DNA of 63,970 nt, the filler included, from an uncultured bacterium (GTDB lineage: Bacteria > CAZSTA01): assembly GCA_964609495.1 (NCBI GenBank). It is 4 parts of 4 records of this genome, joined end to end, with 100 filler letters (N's around TTAATTAATTAA, not from the genome) between each part and the next. Parts side by side here need not be neighbours in the genome. Positions count along the whole stretch, not along the records: positions 1 to 16,292 come from CAZSTA010000071.1; positions 16,393 to 32,555 come from CAZSTA010000072.1; 2 more parts are not named here. One strand, written 5' to 3'. The notes beneath the pieces are model-generated. The model was given only the letters and a program-made list of their open reading frames with translations. It made no database searches and was not told the origin of the DNA. Position numbers and translations under genes: made by a program. Every line of letters begins with the position of its first letter. Within the stretch, counting starts at the first letter, position 1. This document shows, in pieces, positions 10,158-19,406 of the stretch.

Positions 10158-11273
10158 TTGGGGTATATCAATTCAACATCCGAGCGATTAATCGCAACTG
10201 GTAAAATAGATACCGATTCTTATAATATCTGGAGATATAATAAATTTTATTCTTATCCGATAGGGGAAGATAATAGATTAACTCTTCAAGAGGGATGGAC
10301 TAAGGAGGTGGAGAGCCATAGGATAACGTCCTCCTTAAATTTGGAGAGGCTCTTTCTCAAAAGAGAAGGTCTCAATCCTACCGGTTCTCATAAAGCTCGA
10401 AGCTCGGCTTATCAGGTTTCCAAAGCTCTGGAGGATGGGAAGAAAGCTCTAGTTATCTCCTCCTCGGGCAACGCAGCAATCTCCGCCGCAGCTTATTGTC
10501 GCCTGGCGGGGATAAAGCTATTCGCCTTCGTATCTCCTCGGACCAATCCGGTTAAACTGGCTCAACTTCATCGCTTTTCTGCGGAGATCATTGTTACTGA
10601 GAGGGCTATTAACTTCGCTAAATATTTCGCTAGTAAATATGGACTTATCAATCTCCGTCCTTCCACTAATGAGCTAGCGCCAGAGGGATTTAAATCGATC
10701 GCTTTCGAGATCTTCGAGAGGATCGGAGAGATCGAGGCTATATTTATGTTCACGAGTAGTGCTAGTTCCCTGGTCGGCATTGGACGAGCTTATTTAACTT
10801 TAAGAGATGAGCTGAAGTTGATCGATAAGTTACCTGAGTTGCATTCAGTCCAAGCGGGGATGATCACCTCTATAGCGAGCAAATTCGATAAGCTGGAGGG
10901 AAACGATGAAGGTTCGGGGCGGAGCATAATCGGAGATTTAGGAGTTAAGAAGACGAGGAGAGCGAAAGAGGCGATAGGACTAATAAAAGCGAGCCATGGA
11001 TCGGGATGGATCGTATCCGATGAGATGATCCTGGAGGCGGCTGATTTGTTAAATGAAAACGGGATAGATACCTCCTGGGAGGGAGCCGCCGCTTTAGCTG
11101 GGGTTAGAAGGGCTTGTGAAATCCGTTCTTTCAAGAGGGTCGTTTGTCTCCTCACTGGTCATTCCTCTCAGCGATCGATAGATTCGGATATTCAAGGGAT
11201 GAGAACTAATAGGATAACCAGTCGAGAGGAATTGGATAAATTAGCTGAAGAGATGCTCGTTTTCAAGAGGTGA
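10158..11273 (+). CDS. Threonine synthase-like PLP-dependent enzyme (fold type II), divergent
   Basis: LKREGLNPTGSHK (PLP lysine), SSSGNAA and VVCLLTG; phosphate loop reads FTSSASS rather than PxGxGG. Confidence 0.8.
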   Translation: MGYINSTSERLIATGKIDTDSYNIWRYNKFYSYPIGEDNRLTLQEGWTKEVESHRITSSLNLERLFLKREGLNPTGSHKARSSAYQVSKALEDGKKALVISSSGNAAISAAAYCRLAGIKLFAFVSPRTNPVKLAQLHRFSAEIIVTERAINFAKYFASKYGLINLRPSTNELAPEGFKSIAFEIFERIGEIEAIFMFTSSASSLVGIGRAYLTLRDELKLIDKLPELHSVQAGMITSIASKFDKLEGNDEGSGRSIIGDLGVKKTRRAKEAIGLIKASHGSGWIVSDEMILEAADLLNENGIDTSWEGAAALAGVRRACEIRSFKRVVCLLTGHSSQRSIDSDIQGMRTNRITSREELDKLAEEMLVFKR

Positions 11274-12691
11274 GGTCGAGTAGGGTGACTATAAGCATAG
11301 ATAAAGCGGAGGATCTTTACAAGTTATTCGTCAAAGAACGACCCATTATCTATGTTACTAATGATGTTAATAATGGAGTGGGTTTGGAGAAGGTCATAGG
11401 TGATTATCATATCGCTTGTATCGATTATACTACCGTGGTAGATTATCTTAGGGAGGAAGGTGTATCTGTTTTCTCGCTTGAGGATGAGATCGGCGATAAA
11501 AATATAATCACCAGAAATTCAGAACAATTATTAAGACGAAAAGAAACAGTCGATTTCATAAACTCTAAAGGGGAAGTAAGTCTGCTCCTCTTCAAATCCT
11601 CCTCGGCTATCGAGAAAATATGTGCTGAACATAGATGGAAATTATCGGCCTCGCCCTCTCAACTCAGCAGGAGAATAGAGAATAAGTTCCACTTTCAGGA
11701 CATAGTCCTAAAACTAGGTATAAATTCTCCTCCAGGGGAGCGGATATCTTTAACCGAGGATTTATATGATAAGCTCTTTGAAAAGTATAAAGGGAGAATG
11801 GTAATCCAGTTCGCTAAGAGCTTTGGAGGTAATAAAACCTTTCTTATCGAAAGCGAGGAGGATTACCTCGGGTTGGTTGAAGAAAATCGTGGAAGAAGGG
11901 TTAAGGTTGCCGAGTATATTGAGGGATATAATCTAACTGTAAACGCTTGTGTGACTAGATATGGAATCATTGTGAGCGAACCCTTCTTCCAACTCACTGG
12001 AATCCCAGAGCTTACCACCTATGAGTTAGGAGCTTGCGGAAACGATTGGCTCTATCCGAAGTTGCCTGATGATGTCGCTCATAAGATATTCGAATATACT
12101 CAGGTTATCGGGGAGTATATGAGAGGGTTGGGATATCAAGGGATATTTGGATTGGATTTAGTTGTGGATAGGGATAGGGGCGAGGTGTTTGTGATCGAGA
12201 ATAACCCTCGCTTGGTAACCTCTATACCTATGTTCACCAAGCTCCAGCTTGAAAATGGGGAGACCCCACTCTTGGCTTTACATCTCCTCGAATTTATGGG
12301 GGGAGATTATAGGGTGGATATAGACGGGATCAATGAGAGCCTTCGCCAGCAGAAACGAGGAGCGCAGTTCATCTTGCACAATCTGGAGGGTTATCCCAGT
12401 GAGGTTCAGGGAGATCTTACTTCAGGAGTATATACTTTTGGAGAAGGAGAACTCAAATTCAAGGAGAGGGGATATTCGATCGAGCGATGCCAAAATGATG
12501 ATGAGATTCTTCTTCTTACTGCTGATAAAGGTCGCATAGTAAACCCGGGTATAGAATGTGCTAGGATACAGACTCGTATTTCGCTTCTTGAGGATAATAA
12601 TAGGTTAAAAGATCGGGTGTTGGAACTTGCTAAGGAGATTTACAAGGGATTAAGGTTGGAGATGATCGATATTCCTGATAGCTTGACCTAG
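11270..12691 (+). CDS. ATP-grasp domain protein
   Basis: ENKFHF, SFGGNKTF, EYIEG, GIFGLDLVV and IENNPRL motifs; overlaps the upstream stop. Confidence 0.8.
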   Translation: MRSSRVTISIDKAEDLYKLFVKERPIIYVTNDVNNGVGLEKVIGDYHIACIDYTTVVDYLREEGVSVFSLEDEIGDKNIITRNSEQLLRRKETVDFINSKGEVSLLLFKSSSAIEKICAEHRWKLSASPSQLSRRIENKFHFQDIVLKLGINSPPGERISLTEDLYDKLFEKYKGRMVIQFAKSFGGNKTFLIESEEDYLGLVEENRGRRVKVAEYIEGYNLTVNACVTRYGIIVSEPFFQLTGIPELTTYELGACGNDWLYPKLPDDVAHKIFEYTQVIGEYMRGLGYQGIFGLDLVVDRDRGEVFVIENNPRLVTSIPMFTKLQLENGETPLLALHLLEFMGGDYRVDIDGINESLRQQKRGAQFILHNLEGYPSEVQGDLTSGVYTFGEGELKFKERGYSIERCQNDDEILLLTADKGRIVNPGIECARIQTRISLLEDNNRLKDRVLELAKEIYKGLRLEMIDIPDSLT

Positions 12692-12848
12692 AAAGGATGA
12701 TTATTACGAGATTAAAGCTTATGACGCCATAGCTATATTGCCAGGCACTAAGCATAAGCTCTGGAATACTTCGGATGAGGATTTAGTATTCCTGTGCTGT
12801 TGTGCTCCTTGCTACGAGCATAATGACACGATCATTACTGAGGAGTGA
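12687..12848 (+). pseudogene. C-terminal fragment of a cupin domain gene
   Basis: Frame reads DYYEIKAYDAIAILPGTKHKLWNTSDEDLVFLCCCAPCYEHNDTIITEE*, matching cupin motif 2; no in-frame start, TGA at 12684. Confidence 0.7.
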
Positions 12849-12898
12849 GAAAGCTATGTTTTTTCGTCTATCCGAGGAGAGAAAATAAAAAAAAGTGA

Positions 12899-12927
12899 TT
12901 GAATCATCGGACTCAATATGTTATAAT
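12899..12927 (+). promoter_or_regulatory. sigma70-type promoter
   Basis: TTGAAT-17bp-TATAAT with TG extension. Confidence 0.65.
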
Positions 12928-12974
12928 TGTAGTGTTGAAGAACAATAAAGAGAAGAGGAGGAGAGAACAAATTT

Positions 12975-13466
12975 GTGTATGAAGATCAAAGAGTCGGACT
13001 ATTTGTAGATGTTCAGAACATGTTTTATTCTGCTAAGAAGATTTATAATGCTAAATTAGATTTTGAGAAGTTATTAGAAGCTACTATAAGGGGAAGGAAA
13101 ATGATAAGAGCTATCGCTTATATTATTCAATCTCCAAATACTGATCAATCCAGCTTTATCAATATGTTAAAACTCAGGGGATATGAGGTGAAATCTAAAG
13201 ATTTACGTCTTCGCCCAGATGGAACAGCTAAGGGTGATTGGGATATGGGTATCGCCATTGATACCATATCTCTGGTTGATAAATTAGACGTTGCTATTCT
13301 CGTTAGTGGGGATGGAGATTTCATAGACTTGGTAACGATGTTGAAGAGCCGGGGGGTGAGGGTAGAGGTATTTTCCTTTCCAGCAAGCACTAGAACCGAA
13401 CTCATTAGTGTAGCTACGGAGTTCTTCCCTATCCACGATGATATGCTTATCTTCAACTGCGTTTAA
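12975..13466 (+). CDS. NYN domain protein (LabA/DUF88)
   Basis: FVDVQN, KGDWDMGIAID and LVSGDGDF motifs. Confidence 0.92.
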   Translation: MYEDQRVGLFVDVQNMFYSAKKIYNAKLDFEKLLEATIRGRKMIRAIAYIIQSPNTDQSSFINMLKLRGYEVKSKDLRLRPDGTAKGDWDMGIAIDTISLVDKLDVAILVSGDGDFIDLVTMLKSRGVRVEVFSFPASTRTELISVATEFFPIHDDMLIFNCV

Positions 13467-13514
13467 AGGAAACTTTTTTACCTTGAGTTTTGTTTGAAGC
13501 AAAAGTTTCCTTTA
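13464..13514 (-). repeat. Family A ~51-bp palindromic repeat; supplies the NYN stop codon
   Basis: Reverse complement is TAAAGGAAACTTTTGCTTCAAACAAAACTCAAGGTAAAAAAGTTTCCTTTA, 2 differences from the pyrK copy. Confidence 0.9.
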
Positions 13515-13552
13515 TTAAGTGAGGCTCTTTTTGAAGAGAAAGGTGATAGATT

Positions 13553-13891
13553 ATGACTAACTTCGAGATTTTACAAAAGCTTATCAGCCATATCAGATGT
13601 GTCCGTTGCCATGAGTATTACACTGCTGATGACATCGTCCTGCTGCGCGAGGAGGAAGAGAGTCTGATCATAGGGATTCGTTGCTCTCACTGTCATCTAG
13701 GAGGGATTGCTCTGGTTACCATAGATCGTGATCAGACTTTGAGTGAGATATCCGACTTCTCAACCGAGGAGGAGGAAGCGAAGTTCTCCGAGTTGCCTCC
13801 TATCTCTACAGATGAGGTTATAAACTTCTATGAGTTTCTTCGGGATAAGGATATAATGAAGGTGTTGGCAGAAGAAGACATCGATTCGTGA
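13553..13891 (+). CDS. Small hypothetical zinc-ribbon protein
   Basis: CVRC...CSHC cysteine pairs, acidic tail, SD AAGGTG. Confidence 0.7.
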   Translation: MTNFEILQKLISHIRCVRCHEYYTADDIVLLREEEESLIIGIRCSHCHLGGIALVTIDRDQTLSEISDFSTEEEEAKFSELPPISTDEVINFYEFLRDKDIMKVLAEEDIDS

Positions 13892-14063
13892 TCGCTCTCC
13901 TTTGAACTGAGGGATAGAGCGCGAAGGATAATAGTGGACAATCGAAGCTGGGGATATTTTTTGGCTTCATAGGGGTATTCTGTAGGGGAGGATAGTAGCT
14001 AATAATAGTTAAATTCCCTTAGGGAGTTTAGTAACTTCTCAAGAGTAGCAGAATCGATAAAGA

Positions 14064-14097
14064 AGGCTGGAAGAGTGGATATTATCTCTTTCAGCCT
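14064..14097. terminator. Stem-loop between convergent genes
   Basis: AGGCTGGAAGAG...CTCTTTCAGCCT. Confidence 0.5.
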
Positions 14098-14108
14098 ATT
14101 TCTCTCTT

Positions 14109-14340
14109 TAAATCACCCTCCCCTAGCCCCTCCCATCAAGGGAGGGGGAACTAAAGGGCTTTAGTTCAATCTCGGTGTTCCCTCTCCCCTCGTGGGAGAG
14201 GGATAGGGTGAGGGGGGAATTAGGTCTTGAACTCGTCTTAAATCACCCTCCCCTGACCCCTCCCGTCAAGGGAGGGGGAAATAAAAAGAAAGAGATAGGG
14301 TGAGGGGGAATCACACCTTGAAATAATAGTTTGAAACTAC
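14109..14340 (+). mobile_element. Family B MITE/BoxC-like array with an internal tandem duplication
   Basis: Two TAAATCACCCTCCCCT..CCCCTCCC.TCAAGGGAGGGGGAA units; ends TTGAAACTAC followed by TTAA. Confidence 0.75.
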
Positions 14341-15660
14341 TTAACTTGTAGGCTCACGCCTTCTTCCTCGACTTCCCAAGGACTTATCTAGTAGCTCATC
14401 CCAGTTAGTATCCTTAGCAAAGTCGAGATTAGCATAGTAGCTGGAGAGCTGCCTGAAGGGATAGTAGATTGAGATCCCGTGGGTATCGATCATATTTCGC
14501 CCCAAGTGTTTCTGTATTAGGACTGGGCTTCCCTTATCCCAGGAAGCGACCGCATCCAATACCTTTTGAGCTACGCCTTTGATGGGGCTATTGAAACTGT
14601 CCTCCTTGATGAATTGGGCGAGTTGATAGAGATCAACATATTTCGAATCGTAGAAATCGGTCGAATCCCATCTAGCATCTCGGACTATATTTCCCTCCCT
14701 ATTCCAGTTGTCAACGAGAAGCCCAGCTAATTCATCTATAGTATCCTTCAAAAGATCGATTCTCGTGAGGTTTAAAGCCGATTGGGTGACATTGGGACTT
14801 CTATTTCCTACATCATAGGATTCGATATATTTTTCGACGATTATCTTAGCGAACTCCTCGGGAGGCATATCGGGATTCTCAACTAATTCCGCCAAGATAA
14901 GATCATAGGGCCAACCGTCTCCTGGTTCTGTCTCCTCCGAGCCTACGACATAGTGAACGCTATCCCTGATCTGATAGGCTACCTCAACCTCGCTCATCAG
15001 ACAAGCGTCCATCCCGAAGATATCGATCTTATCCTTTTTATCCTCCTCTTCTCTATCCTCATTGATGATATCCAAGGCCTCTTGAAGAACCCTCTTCATC
15101 TCCTTGTTGTCGAGGCAATCCATTGAGCCATCATCATAGGCGATACCTCTTAGCGGTCGAGGTAGATCGAGGATCTCCTTTAGAGTTGTACGGAAGAGAA
15201 CCTTTCGGACATTTTTTCCTCCGCTCGTTCTCAATTCTCTCCCTAAAAGGGCTTTATCCTCCCCAATTCTCTCCTCTTCTACCAGCCTGAAGATATCGGG
15301 GATATCCCAACCAGAGCCGTGATTCCAGATCACCAACGCATAGCGATCGGCTGGATAGCTATTAACGCTCCAGGTGATGAAATCCTTAAGCACCTCGGGA
15401 TCACCGGTGTTGGTCTCCCCAACTATCTCGACGCAATCCTCTTCCATAGGCTTATCCTTGGAGATCAGATAACGTTTGCTGGGGACATCCTTCTGCACAT
15501 AATCGCATTCCACCAATATATTAACATTATCATCTGAACCTACCTGCTTCATCTCCTCGATATCGCGCACTCCTGCTTGCTCCAGATTATTATCCCCAGC
15601 GATATAGACCAGAAAATCCCATTTCACCTTGGGTTTAACTGCGATCGTTCTCTCCCCCAT
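14341..15660 (-). CDS. Clostripain family (C11) cysteine peptidase, no signal peptide
   Basis: YIAGDNNLE, NTGDPEVL, WNHGSGW (catalytic His), DACLM (catalytic Cys), GSEETEPGDGW; SD AAGGAGG before ATG 15660. Confidence 0.9.
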   Translation of the reverse strand: MGERTIAVKPKVKWDFLVYIAGDNNLEQAGVRDIEEMKQVGSDDNVNILVECDYVQKDVPSKRYLISKDKPMEEDCVEIVGETNTGDPEVLKDFITWSVNSYPADRYALVIWNHGSGWDIPDIFRLVEEERIGEDKALLGRELRTSGGKNVRKVLFRTTLKEILDLPRPLRGIAYDDGSMDCLDNKEMKRVLQEALDIINEDREEEDKKDKIDIFGMDACLMSEVEVAYQIRDSVHYVVGSEETEPGDGWPYDLILAELVENPDMPPEEFAKIIVEKYIESYDVGNRSPNVTQSALNLTRIDLLKDTIDELAGLLVDNWNREGNIVRDARWDSTDFYDSKYVDLYQLAQFIKEDSFNSPIKGVAQKVLDAVASWDKGSPVLIQKHLGRNMIDTHGISIYYPFRQLSSYYANLDFAKDTNWDELLDKSLGSRGRRREPTS

Positions 15661-15691
15661 ACATTTACCCTCCTTTTGTTTTAGAGACATT

Positions 15692-16292
15692 TTACTTCAT
15701 CAATTCCTCGATATGTTCACTAGCCTCATTATTCCAATACTCATCGGTAGATAATTCTAAAAATCTCTTAAAATATTCAGTTGCTTTTTCTTTTTCTCCC
15801 TTATCTTTATAAGCAAGTCCTAAATTGTAGTGAGCGGGAGCATAATCAGGATTGAGCTGGAGAGCGAGTTTATACTTGGAGATAGCCTCCTCTATCTTCC
15901 CTTGATCAGAGTAGGCATTCCCTAGATTATTGTGAGCAGAAGCATAATCAGGATTGATCTTGAGAGCAGTTTTATACTCAGAGATAGCCTCCTCTATCTT
16001 CCCTTGAACTTTGTAGGCAAGCCCTAGATTGTTGTGAGCGGGAGCATAATCAGGATTGAGCTGGAGAGCGAGTTTATACTCGGAGATAGCCTCCTCTATC
16101 TTCCCTTGATCAGAGTAGGCAACTCCTAGATTGTAGTGAGCAAAAGCATAATCAGGATTGATCTGGAGAGCGGTTTTATACTCGGAGATAGCCTCCTTTA
16201 GCTTTCTTTGATCAGAGTAGGCAAGCCCTAGATTGTAGTGAGCGGGAGCATAATCAGGATTGAGCTGGAGAGCGAGTTTATACTCGGAGATA
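15692..16292 (-). CDS. TPR protein, 5' truncated by the contig end; absent from the ORF track
   Basis: Reads ISEYKLALQLNPDYAPAHYNLGLAY... repeatedly and ends EHIEELMK*. Confidence 0.9.
15820..16292 (-). repeat. Near-identical 102-bp tandem repeats encoding TPR units
   Basis: GCATAATCAGGATTGA at 15840, 15942, 16044, 16146 and 16248. Confidence 0.95.
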
Positions 16293-16392
16293 NNNNNNNN
16301 NNNNNNNNNNNNNNNNNNNNNNNNNNNNNNNNNNNNTTAATTAATTAANNNNNNNNNNNNNNNNNNNNNNNNNNNNNNNNNNNNNNNNNNNN
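16293..16392. other. Artificial contig linker
   Basis: 44 N + TTAATTAATTAA (stops in all six frames) + 44 N. Confidence 0.97.
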
Positions 16393-17846
16393 TTATAAGT
16401 TTCAAGTCTCGCATCGGTTACCCCAAGCCAAACCCGGTCCTTGATCACATTGGGGGTGATGAGAAGGATATCCGCATCGGTATCCTGTTGAAGGATCTCT
16501 ATGATAGAGCTCATCGCCCCGCGAAATTCACTGGTGCTAATTGAGGTCTGAGGATGGCTGTCGTTTATCCCGTAGCAGATAGTTACTAAATCTGGATCGA
16601 AGGGAACTACATCCCTTCTCACTCGATTTAGCGCATCTACAGAGGTCTCGGCTGGGATACCATTATTTATAACCCCGATACTCAGAGCGACATTTAAAGT
16701 TTTGATCTGAGCTTGAGGATAACGTTCTCTCAAAACCTGACCGAAGAGGGACACATAACACTTAGAGGGATCGCTAGCCTCCATTCCATAGGTGACGCTA
16801 TCTCCCATACATACAATCGTTACCGACTGTCCAGCATAGAGCCTGTCTCTCACTCTTCTTAAATAAGGCGGGACTATAACCTCAAAATTCACCATAGCAG
16901 GAGAGGGATAATCCTCAGCGGAATCCATATCCTTCGCCTTAACGTAGAAGGTATAGCTGCCCTCTGATAGTCCTTTGTAACTAACACTCGTGTCATAGCT
17001 GAAGTAGGACCAATTCTCATCATTTAACTTGTAGGAATATCTTAGTTGAGGAGTAGGAGTAGTATCGTCTGTTCCCGTCCACTCGAAATACGCGACTGAA
17101 TCATAAGGGCTAACATCAGGGTCATCTGGACCTCCTTTGATTATTGTGGTCTTGGGAGGAAGGTTGGAGCTAGTGGTCCAGTGCAGATTCCAAGTCCGCT
17201 CTAATCCATTCCCAGCCAGATCTTGAGCTCCCGGCCTTATCGATAAGGTGTAATAGGTGTTAGTCCTCAACCACTCATTGGGACGCACAATCAGTTTATT
17301 TCCCTCCCAATCAAGTTGGAGGGAGAATGCTGGACTCGCGAGAAGATTTGCCTCCACCGAATCTTGATTCATGGGTTCGCTAAATGTTATCTCTATCGCT
17401 TTTCCACCTGATACTCCTGTTTCCTCCTCAACGGGAGAGCTTAAGATCACTTGAGGAGGAGTGGTATCTACCTCAAAGTCTATTTTAGGGGGAGAGGGGT
17501 CTATATTACCAGCTCTGTCTCGAGCAGCAACGGTAAACGTATGCTTGCCTTCTGTTAAGTTAGTGAAGACCTTCTGGGTGGAGAAGGTCCACTTCTGTTT
17601 ACCATCTAAGGAGTAAGAATACATTATCTTATCAGTTGAAGTTTGATCATCGCTTCCAATCCAAGCAAAAGTTACATCGTGAACATTTATAACCGGGGCT
17701 GGAGATTTAGTTATCCTGGTATTAGGAGGATTAGGATCTTGACCAGGAGAAACGCCTATCCCTTCATTAGTACATCCGCCAGAGGTCAAGAATATTGGCG
17801 GGATTAAAATTATAAGGAGCAAAATTGAAAAGACTCTCTTAAGCAT
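16393..17846 (-). CDS. Secreted or lipoprotein with Ig-like domains and an SGNH/GDSL hydrolase, 3' truncated
   Basis: Lipobox-like SGGC; repeated YSYSLD/GKHTFTV Ig-like units; ITFSEPM Ig domain; CMGDSVT and YGINDS SGNH blocks. Confidence 0.8.
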
Positions 17847-17896
17847 CTCCGTTGTGAATGCCTCCTTTTTTATCTTAATTTCAATTGCTATTCGAA

Positions 17897-18036
17897 CTAT
17901 ACTTTCGCAGATTTTCCAAAAATCTACTATTAATAAGAATTTTTGCAGGATTTGTTACACATATCCTCCTCTACCCCCAAATCCGCTTGGAAACGGAGCT
18001 CTCAGTTTAGCATCTTCAAAAACTGCGAAACTATAG
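17897..18036. mobile_element. Family C MITE (140 bp)
   Basis: TIRs CTATACTTTCGCAG/CTGCGAAACTATAG; flanked by TCAATTGCTATTCGAA and TCAATTACTATTCGAG (14/16 direct repeat); inverted homolog at 40958-41095. Confidence 0.8.
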
Positions 18037-18136
18037 TCAATTACTATTCGAGGACAGAACCTCGTTACTTCCTTGATCTGATGTTATAATTTGCAGATTG
18101 CGAAGTCTGGTAATTAAAGGCAATGATCACCAAATA

Positions 18137-18165
18137 ATTATAGCATAGAAGAAGATATTAGTCAA
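18137..18165 (-). promoter_or_regulatory. sigma70-type promoter for the GDSL gene
   Basis: Minus strand TTGACT-17bp-TATAAT with TG extension. Confidence 0.65.
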
Positions 18166-18205
18166 TGGTATCTATCTCCTAGGTAAGCATGTAAAAGTTT
18201 GTGCT

Positions 18206-18394
18206 AGTAGCTTTTCGCTAGGGAGTTCAAGATATAAATCCCCCCTCACCCTAGCCCTCTCCCACGAGGGGAGAGGGAACATTGAGATAAGACTGCTCTC
18301 TTTAGTTCCCCTGCCCTTGAGGGGAGGGTGATTTAAGGTGAGTTCAAGGGCTAATCTGAACTCGAACATCTCAGATAAAAATTTTGAAACTACT
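18206..18394 (-). mobile_element. Family B MITE, reverse orientation
   Basis: Reverse complement aligns with 48231-48430 (GTAGTTTCAA...GAGATGTTCGAG.TCAGATT...BoxC-like hairpins). Confidence 0.8.
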
Positions 18395-18417
18395 CAATAC
18401 AGGGGATTCAGTCTTCT

Positions 18418-18446
18418 TTGCGAAAATTTTGGATTTATGTTATAAT
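18418..18446 (+). promoter_or_regulatory. sigma70-type promoter for the DUF58 operon
   Basis: TTGCGA-17bp-TATAAT with TG extension. Confidence 0.6.
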
Positions 18447-18524
18447 TAGGGTAATCATTCGGGATTTCATTGAATGATAGGTTAGTTAGATCATAAAAGA
18501 TTTTTGTATCGATTAGGAGGAGAT

Positions 18525-19406
18525 ATGGCTCGTCAATTATTCGATGCTGAGTTTTTGCACAAGCTCGAATTCCTGCAACTTATCGCCAGAAGAATATTCG
18601 CGGGACGGGTGAAAGGGGAGCGTCGAAGCCCAAGGCATGGCACTAGCATCGAGTTTGCAGATTATCGAGAATATGAGAGCGGCGATGATTTTAGATATGT
18701 GGATTGGAACATCTACAGCCGCTTAGATAAACTATTCGTTAAGCTTTTTACCGAGGAGGAGGATCTATCGATCCACATCTTGATCGACTCCAGTAATTCT
18801 ATGTCCTTTGGTTCACCACCTAAAATGGATTATGCGGCTAGAGTAGCGGCGGCCTTGGGATATATTGGTCTATCCGATTTGGATAGGGTTGGGGTAGCCT
18901 CTTTCTCCTCTAAGCTCGCTCGACCTCTGCCTCCGACCAGGGGAAAGAATCAAGTCTTCAATCTCTTCAATTATCTGGAAAATATAGAGTGCGGAGGCGA
19001 GACGAACTTCAGCCAGTGCGTTCAGGAGTATATCCTGCGAACTAGAGGAGCAGGCGTGATGATCCTGATAAGCGATCTGATGGACAGCAATGGCTATGAG
19101 AGAGGATTGGATTTCCTAAGGTATAGGAAGTTCGATATCTTCTTGCTTCAGATAGTATGTGATGAGGAATTAGATCCAAGAGTAAGGGGAGAGGTGAAAT
19201 TCATCGATGCCGAGACGAGGGAGAGGATCGAGCTTACCGTCTCCGAGCCTACTCTTAACTACTATAAAGGGACGGTCGAGAAGTTTTTCTCGGGGATAGA
19301 GGATTATTGCTTGAAGCGGCAAATAGATTACATAAGGACTAGCACCTCTATCCCTTTTGAAGAGCTGGTTCTAAAATACTTGAGGTATGGTGGTTTCCTG
19401 AAATGA
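18525..19406 (+). CDS. DUF58 domain protein (MoxR-associated vWA-like)
   Basis: GTSIEFADYREYESGDDFRYVDWN and IDSSNSM; SD AGGAGG. Confidence 0.92.
   Translation: MARQLFDAEFLHKLEFLQLIARRIFAGRVKGERRSPRHGTSIEFADYREYESGDDFRYVDWNIYSRLDKLFVKLFTEEEDLSIHILIDSSNSMSFGSPPKMDYAARVAAALGYIGLSDLDRVGVASFSSKLARPLPPTRGKNQVFNLFNYLENIECGGETNFSQCVQEYILRTRGAGVMILISDLMDSNGYERGLDFLRYRKFDIFLLQIVCDEELDPRVRGEVKFIDAETRERIELTVSEPTLNYYKGTVEKFFSGIEDYCLKRQIDYIRTSTSIPFEELVLKYLRYGGFLK

Noticed and set aside
15820-16292. 102-bp periodic repeat as a non-coding array
   Set aside because: The period equals 34 codons and the frame is an open TPR coding sequence.
16293-16392. Recurrent TTAATTAATTAA within N runs (also 32600 and 48681)
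   Set aside because: Artificial six-frame-stop contig linker. Adjacency across these joins and ORF ends that fall in them are not biological.
18172-18369. Similar short ORFs (MFEFRLALE.., 48257 MFEIRLGLE.., 24910, 48805) that look like a small protein family
   Set aside because: They are translations of the family B MITE and its hairpins (PLPSWER.RVRG); nothing supports them being genes.
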